Below, piece after piece: positions 49,222-54,432 of a stretch of 54,432 bases of DNA. Positions within the stretch are counted from its first letter, which is position 1, and the number at the start of each line of letters is the position of its first letter. The translations under genes and the position numbers were made by a program. The DNA is from Mycobacterium sp. (GTDB taxonomy: Bacteria > Actinomycetota > Actinomycetes > Mycobacteriales > Mycobacteriaceae): contig JAOPVF010000431.1 in assembly GCA_025963195.1 (NCBI GenBank), positions 1 through 54,432 of the forward strand. The letters run 5' to 3'. The notes beneath the pieces were generated by a model. The model did not search any database. It was not told the DNA's origin and was given only the letters and a program-made list of their open reading frames with translations.

Positions 49222-51687
49222 ATGATGCCGAGACGAGTGCTGATGGACAGGAACGGTTCCGCACCAGGCCGGCGCAATGGTTCCGGCAGGGTGACAGGCA
49301 TGCCGGTGGCCTGCGTGGACGCAAAAGGTGTGCTCACCGTGTGGGCGGAGGCAGCCCGACGGCTCCTTGGCTATCGTCCGGACGAAATAGTGGGACGGGA
49401 CGCGGCAGACCTGCTGGCGGGGGATCTTCCCTCGTCCGCTCAGCGCAGCCTGGCGGAGGGCGAGGAATGCCGCGGAAAAGTGGCGCTGCGCCACCGGAGC
49501 GGACACCTTGTGGAAGTGGACCTCCAGGCGTTTCCCGCACACGGTGCCCACGGAAACTCCGAGTGGATGGTGGTGGCCACCGGACCGGACCGGCCAGGTC
49601 CGGACGATGACGTGGCGGTGACGCTGAAGGAGTGGGAGTTCGACCAGCTGCCCGTCAGCCACGCGATATTCGACACCGAGCGCCGGCTCATCGCTGCCAG
49701 CGCCGAAGCTCTGCGCCTCCTTGGCATGCCGGAGAACCGAGTGGTCGCACGGCGTATGGGAGAGGTGCGGTCGTTTCCGCCGGAACACGACGAACTGGAA
49801 CAGCTCTTGGCACGAGTCCTGCGGACGGGGGAGCCGATCAAGCAGGAGGTGGTCACTCGCGCGCCGGGCGAGCCTCGGCTCTTCGCCTGGTCTGTCTTCT
49901 GCTACCCCCTGAAGGACCCTTCCGGCCAGGTTCGGGGTGTGTCCCTGGCAGGTTTCGATATCTCCGAGCAGTACAGAGCCCGGCAGCGGCTGACCATTGT
50001 GAACGAGGCCAGTGTCCGTATCGGCAGCACTCTGGACGTGGTACGTACCGCACAGGAACTGGCGGGCGTGGCCGCGGAGCGATTCGCCGACTTCGTCAGC
50101 GTCGACCTGCTTGAGCCTGTCCTCCGCGGCAAGGAGTCGGATCTGAGCCCGCCCCCCGGTGCCGTCCGCTTCTGCCGGGCCGCACAGCGGTCCGTCCTGG
50201 ACGGCAGCCCGGAGTCGGTGGTCGAGCCGGGACAGACGGACGTCTACCCGCGGGACTCACCCATGGCGCGCGCGCTGGCCTCCGGGGTGCCGTCGCGGCA
50301 CTCGCTCGACGAGCCGGACGTCCAGCAGTGGCTGGCGCACGACCCGGCGCGGGCCCGGAGCCTGCACCGGCATGGCGTCCACTCGCTCATCGCGGTGCCG
50401 CTGCTCGCACGCGGGACGACCCTGGGACTCGCCGTGTACCTGCGGCACCGTACGCCCGAGCCGTACGACAGTGACGACCTGCTCCTGGCCGAGGAGATCA
50501 CGGCGCGGGCGGCCGTGTGTGTGGACAACGCCCGCCGATACACCCACCAGCGCAATACCGCTCTCGCTCTCCAGCGCAGCCTGCTGCCGCAGCACCCCCC
50601 ACACGAGGCGGCGGTGGAGGTCGCCTCCCGTTACCTGCCGGCCGGTTCCAAGGCGGGTGTCGGTGGCGACTGGTTCGACGTGATCCCGCTCTCCGGCGCC
50701 CGGGTCGCCCTCGTCGTCGGGGACGTGGTTGGTCACGGAATCCAGGCATCCGCCACCATGGGGCGCCTGCGCACCGCTGTGCGCACCCTCGCCGACGTCG
50801 ACGTACCCCCGGACGAACTGCTCACCCACCTCGACGACCTTGTCCTGCGACTGGACCGCGAAGAGGGTCCGCAGACCGGAGAACAGCCGGCCAGGAATGC
50901 CGGAGACATCGGGGCCACCTGCCTGTACGCGGTGTACGACCCGGTCTCCCGCCGCTGCACCTTCGCCCGTGCCGGCCACCCGGTACCCGCTCTCGTGAGC
51001 CCCAACGGCACGGTCCACTTCCCCGACCTCCCGGCCGGGCCGCCGCTCGGTCTGGGCGGCCTGCCCTTTGAATCCGCCGAGATCGAACTTCCCGTAGGCA
51101 GCCTGATCGCCCTCTACACCGACGGCCTCATCGAATCCGCCGACCGCGACGTCGACGCCGGGCTCCAACTTCTCCGCCATGCACTTGCCGAACCTGGACG
51201 GAGCCTGGAACAGCTCTGCGACACCGTCCTCGGCACACTGCTGCCCCCCGGCACCCCCGCCGACGATGTCGCTCTGCTCATCGCCCGTACCCATGCACTC
51301 GATGTCTCCCAGGTCGCCACCTGGGACCTGACCATGGACCCCGCAGAAGTCGCCCAGGTCCGCCGGCTGGCAACCGACCAACTGACCGTCTGGGGACTGG
51401 AAGAGGAATCCTTCGTCACCGAACTCGTCGTCAGCGAACTGGTCACCAATGCCATCCGCTACGCCCGTCCCCCCATTCAGCTTCGGCTGATTCACGACAC
51501 CAGCCTCATCTGTGAAGTCTCCGACGCCAGCAATACCTCCCCCCACCTGCGCCGAGCCCGCACCTTCGACGAAGGCGGCCGTGGACTGCTCCTCGTCGCC
51601 CAGCTCACCGATCGCTGGGGGACGCGCCACACCCCCGCAGGCAAGACCATCTGGACCGAACAGAGCCTTCCCGCACGCGGAAAGTAG
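49222..51687 (+). CDS. PAS-PAS-GAF-SpoIIE(PP2C)-HATPase regulator
   Basis: RIGSTLDV..TAQEL, DNARRY, LQRSLLP, VGGDWFD, GDVVGHG, YTDGL, DDVALL, SELVTNA, EGGRGL; start uncertain. Confidence 0.93.
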   Translation: MMPRRVLMDRNGSAPGRRNGSGRVTGMPVACVDAKGVLTVWAEAARRLLGYRPDEIVGRDAADLLAGDLPSSAQRSLAEGEECRGKVALRHRSGHLVEVDLQAFPAHGAHGNSEWMVVATGPDRPGPDDDVAVTLKEWEFDQLPVSHAIFDTERRLIAASAEALRLLGMPENRVVARRMGEVRSFPPEHDELEQLLARVLRTGEPIKQEVVTRAPGEPRLFAWSVFCYPLKDPSGQVRGVSLAGFDISEQYRARQRLTIVNEASVRIGSTLDVVRTAQELAGVAAERFADFVSVDLLEPVLRGKESDLSPPPGAVRFCRAAQRSVLDGSPESVVEPGQTDVYPRDSPMARALASGVPSRHSLDEPDVQQWLAHDPARARSLHRHGVHSLIAVPLLARGTTLGLAVYLRHRTPEPYDSDDLLLAEEITARAAVCVDNARRYTHQRNTALALQRSLLPQHPPHEAAVEVASRYLPAGSKAGVGGDWFDVIPLSGARVALVVGDVVGHGIQASATMGRLRTAVRTLADVDVPPDELLTHLDDLVLRLDREEGPQTGEQPARNAGDIGATCLYAVYDPVSRRCTFARAGHPVPALVSPNGTVHFPDLPAGPPLGLGGLPFESAEIELPVGSLIALYTDGLIESADRDVDAGLQLLRHALAEPGRSLEQLCDTVLGTLLPPGTPADDVALLIARTHALDVSQVATWDLTMDPAEVAQVRRLATDQLTVWGLEEESFVTELVVSELVTNAIRYARPPIQLRLIHDTSLICEVSDASNTSPHLRRARTFDEGGRGLLLVAQLTDRWGTRHTPAGKTIWTEQSLPARGK

Positions 51688-51974
51688 CCAGGCTCCGCCC
51701 GGGACGCACCGACTGCCGGCCCCGCCATGCATTCCAGAGGTGCGGCCCCGTCCGGACCACCGACATGTGTAGGCGGGCGACCGGAGCGGCTTTGCTCGCG
51801 CCGTACGCGGCAAGGCCCGGTTCGGGTACGGAGGTGGCAACGGAGCAGATGGCGATGATCTTCGTGCTTTCGGCGGGCGGCCTGGCGGCCTGGCGGCAGT
51901 CGAGCGCAGCAGATCGATGCAGGGACGCCGGTCGCGAGCCACACCCCCGGGCGGCCGGATCGGTGTATGCGGTC

Positions 51975-52670
51975 TCAGCCGGTGTGCCAGGTGATGGCGT
52001 TCTCCGGCTCTTCGCGGTTGGTGCGGAACGCGTTGACCGGGTGGTCGAGGTCGGGGTAGCCGAAGGAGATGCCTGCCACGACGCGCCGGTTGTCCGGGAT
52101 GGTGAAGTGGTCGTGGAGGAAGTCGGAGTAGGCGGCGAGGGCGGCTTGGGGCGCCGAGGCCACGCCGAGGCTGTGCGCGGCGAGCAGGAAGGTGTTGATG
52201 TAGAGGCCGCAGTCGACGGCGCCGTAGACGCCGAGGTCGGCCTCGGTGGTGATGATCGCGACGTGCGGTGCGTCGAAGAGCTCGAAGTTGCGCAGGTGTT
52301 GTCGCAGGGTTCGCTCGTGGTCGCCCTTGGCGATGCCGAGGCTGCCGTACAGCTGGAGGCCGCACTCGCGTCGGCGCTGCCGGTAGGCGCCGGTGTACTG
52401 GGCGGGGAACGGGAAGTCGGTTGAGTTCGAGTGGCTGTGGACGCGGGCGAGTAGCTCGGTGCGAAGCCGCTCCGTCGCGGCGCCTTCGGTGATGTGCAGT
52501 TGCCAGGGCTGGGTGTTGCACCAGGACGGGCTCCGCTGGGCCAGATGCAGCAGCCGCTCGATGGTCTCTCGGGGGACCGGGTCGGGCAGGAACTGGCGGC
52601 AGGTCCACCGGTCGGCGAGTATCCGGCTCAGCGCCTCGTGCAGGCTGGTGCTGGTGCTGGTCAGGTTCAA
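51975..52670 (-). CDS. Nitroreductase family protein
   Basis: RWTCRQF.PDPVP, SPSWCNTQPW, FDAPH, GISFGYPD; TTG start with GGAGG RBS. Confidence 0.92.
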   Translation of the reverse strand: MNLTSTSTSLHEALSRILADRWTCRQFLPDPVPRETIERLLHLAQRSPSWCNTQPWQLHITEGAATERLRTELLARVHSHSNSTDFPFPAQYTGAYRQRRRECGLQLYGSLGIAKGDHERTLRQHLRNFELFDAPHVAIITTEADLGVYGAVDCGLYINTFLLAAHSLGVASAPQAALAAYSDFLHDHFTIPDNRRVVAGISFGYPDLDHPVNAFRTNREEPENAITWHTG

Positions 52671-52689
52671 GGGGGGACGCCTCCGTCGC

Positions 52690-52755
52690 TGTGGTCTCGT
52701 TTCGAGACCACACGGTAGCCGGGCTGGTCTCGTTTTGGAACCTCTGGGGTAGAGT
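52690..52755. promoter_or_regulatory. HxlR-type operator pair and -10 element
   Basis: TGTGGTCTCG-TTT-CGAGACCACA (52690-52712); degenerate copy TGGTCTCG-TTT-TGGAACC (52725-52742); TAGAGT (52750-52755) 6 nt before GTG. Confidence 0.7.
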
Positions 52756-52761
52756 CCTGGT

Positions 52762-53235
52762 GTGCGTTACGAAGACCTCGCTGACCTGCCGTGTTCGATC
52801 ACGCGCCCGCTGGTCGTCCTCGGCGACCGTTGGACGCTGCTGGTCCTGAAGGCTTCGTTCGCCGGTGTCCGCCGGTTCAACGAGTTTCAAAGCGCGCTGG
52901 GGATCTCTCGGAGCCGACTTCAGGACCGCCTCGGGCGGCTGGTCGAGCACGGCATCCTGGCCCGGCGGAAGGCGGCCGACGGAGACCACGCGGAATACCG
53001 CCTGACGCGCAAGGGCCATGACATCTACCCGATCCTCATGGCGATCAGGGACTGGGGCGACACCTACATGGCGCCCGACGGGCCGCCGGCGCGCTACCAG
53101 CACCGCGACTGCGCTGGTGAGGCCCACGTGCAGCTCACCTGCGACACGTGTGGAACCGATGTCACCGCACACGACATCACCCCGGAGCCAGGACCAGGCA
53201 TCCTCGCCCACCTCGGCCAAACCCGAGCTGAGTAG
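52762..53235 (+). CDS. HxlR/DUF24 winged-helix regulator
   Basis: CSITRPL.VLGDRWTLL, RRFNEFQ, EYRLTRKG, WG; C-terminal H..C..C..C. Confidence 0.92.
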   Translation: MRYEDLADLPCSITRPLVVLGDRWTLLVLKASFAGVRRFNEFQSALGISRSRLQDRLGRLVEHGILARRKAADGDHAEYRLTRKGHDIYPILMAIRDWGDTYMAPDGPPARYQHRDCAGEAHVQLTCDTCGTDVTAHDITPEPGPGILAHLGQTRAE

Positions 53236-53302
53236 GACCAGTGACGGGCGGTCCGTGTGATCAGAGGGCCTGCTCCACCTGCGACAAGGCCGGCCGGGCA
53301 GT

Positions 53303-53792
53303 CTGCAGGACGGACAGGTCCACGGGTCGCCGACCGGCACACCCCAAGGCGGGGTGATCAGCCCCGCGCTCTGCAACGTCTACCTGCACCGGCTCGACCG
53401 GGTAGGGGCGGAGCGGGAGCACGGTGTGCTGGTGCGTTTCGCCGACGACCTGGTGGTGATGTGCAAATCCCGGACGTAGGTCGAGGCCGCCTTGGCGCGG
53501 CTTCGGGGCCCGCTGGCCGAGCTCGGCCTGGAGCCGACGGAAGCCAAGACGCGGATCGTGCACCTGGAGGTAGAAGCCGAGGGCTTTGTGTTCCTCGGTT
53601 TCCGGCACCGCTTGGTGCGCTCGTCCGCCTCTCGCGGGAAACGCCCCGCCGTGTTCCTCGAACGGAAGCCGAATGCCGGCGGTGAACGGCGTCGGTGAGC
53701 CGGGTGCGGGAGAACCGCAGGCCCGGTTCGATGCGGCGGGGGTTGGAGACGCAGCGCACGTACTACGCCACCGCGCCGGCCCCCGTCCCTAG
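53303..53792 (+). mobile_element. Degenerate group II intron (RT fragment plus domains V-VI)
   Basis: GTPQGGVISP.LCNVYLHRLD...VRFADDLVV...KTRIVHL...FLGF with in-frame TAG at 53477; DV GAGCCGGGTGCGGGAGAACCGCAGGCCCGGTTC at 53697-53729. Confidence 0.88.
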
Positions 53793-53904
53793 ACAGGACT
53801 CGGACTTGTCACCGCCGCCATCGCCCCGCCCTTGTGCCAGAATCCGGCACGCCATCCCCCCTAGAGGCGAGGGCGCGTCACATCCTTCGCGTGACGCATC
53901 GCCA

Positions 53905-53966
53905 TTGACAGCACTGGCGCGAGTAGGCATCATGAAAAATGGCACGCCGTTCCATCAGGTGGAACG
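53905..53966 (+). promoter_or_regulatory. Promoter and IclR-like palindrome upstream of the MaoC gene
   Basis: TTGACA(53905)-N17-CATCAT(53928); CGTTCCA-N5-TGGAACG (53948-53966). Confidence 0.55.
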
Positions 53967-54012
53967 AAAGTTGCCTGGGTCGCGAAGAGCGCCCCGAACC
54001 GAGAGGACGATC

Positions 54013-54432
54013 GTGGGGCTTACGGCTGCGGAACTGCGCGCACGGGCCGTTCCATGGTCCAAAGGCAACTACTACGAGGATTTCGCTCCTGGTCGCCAGT
54101 TCGACCATCACTGGGGTCGAACGTTGACCGAATCGGACAACATCCTGTTTTCGACTTTGACGTCGTCCTACAACCCGTTGTACTTCAACTCTGCGTATGC
54201 CCGAGGAGAGGGATACGGACGTGGGATCATCAATCCGATGCTGTTGTTTCTCACGGTATTCGGGCTTTCGGTCGAAGATCTCAGCGAGGCGGGGGTGGCA
54301 TTTCTCGGCGTCGACGAACTCACCTTCCATGGCACGGTCAGCCCGGGCGATACGGTCACCGCGCGCAGTACCGTGCGCTCGGCGCGGCGGTCGTCGAAGG
54401 ATCCCCGTCAAGCGATCGTGACGTGGCAGACC
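54013..54432 (+). CDS. MaoC family dehydratase (3' partial; absent from the ORF track)
   Basis: GAGAGG RBS then GTG; GNYYEDFAPGRQFDHHWGRTLTESDNILFSTLT..NPLYFN..VFGLSVEDLS..PGDTVTARSTV; open to the window end. Confidence 0.85.
   Translation, partial: MGLTAAELRARAVPWSKGNYYEDFAPGRQFDHHWGRTLTESDNILFSTLTSSYNPLYFNSAYARGEGYGRGIINPMLLFLTVFGLSVEDLSEAGVAFLGVDELTFHGTVSPGDTVTARSTVRSARRSSKDPRQAIVTWQT

Noticed and set aside
50257-53376. 1039-aa minus-strand ORF, and similar long ORFs at 2593-4740, 12447-14438, 14473-16683 and 21379-22959
   Set aside because: Antisense or off-frame shadows of well-supported genes; stop codons are rare in high-GC DNA and these ORFs show no motifs.
53303-53698. RT fragment as a retron, DGR or defence RT
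   Set aside because: It is directly followed by group II intron domains V/VI and is interrupted by a stop codon.

Overview
High-GC actinobacterial accessory DNA. A Streptomycetaceae-like host is inferred from the PAS-GAF-SpoIIE-HATPase gene and the NarL/ABC modules. The window is a mosaic of five blocks. (1) 1-5846: a stress operon of clpB (start cut by the window edge), Zn-finger thioredoxin, UBP-type Zn finger, a cNMP-domain thioredoxin-reductase-like protein lacking CXXC, and a DUF1931 histone-fold gene, closed by a 15-bp hairpin. (2) 5.9-12 kb: a detox block with VOC, MarR, a Tat-exported tandem SnoaL protein, MerR, quinone oxidoreductase and TetR, including a duplicated MerR-type promoter. 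(3) 12-26 kb: an IS256 relic, a Tat lipoprotein of the DMF-amidase beta family, CitAB-type and NarL-type two-component systems with ABC transporters, SDRs and a DUF2637 relic. (4) About 26.5-49 kb: an acyl-CoA catabolic island that looks lower in GC and Mycobacteriales-like (FadAB, FadD8-like ligase, keto-acid decarboxylase, SCP2-thiolase, MaoC pair, SDRs, two ACADs, hydratase, methylacyl-CoA racemase, CitE-like lyase, PrpD, extradiol-dioxygenase-like VOC, F420 reductase), with a recurring TGCAAG-N3-CTTGCA motif upstream of its operons. (5) 49-54.4 kb: a SpoIIE protein, nitroreductase/HxlR, a decayed group II intron, and a MaoC dehydratase running off the end. All family calls come from motif recognition by eye; no database searches were run.
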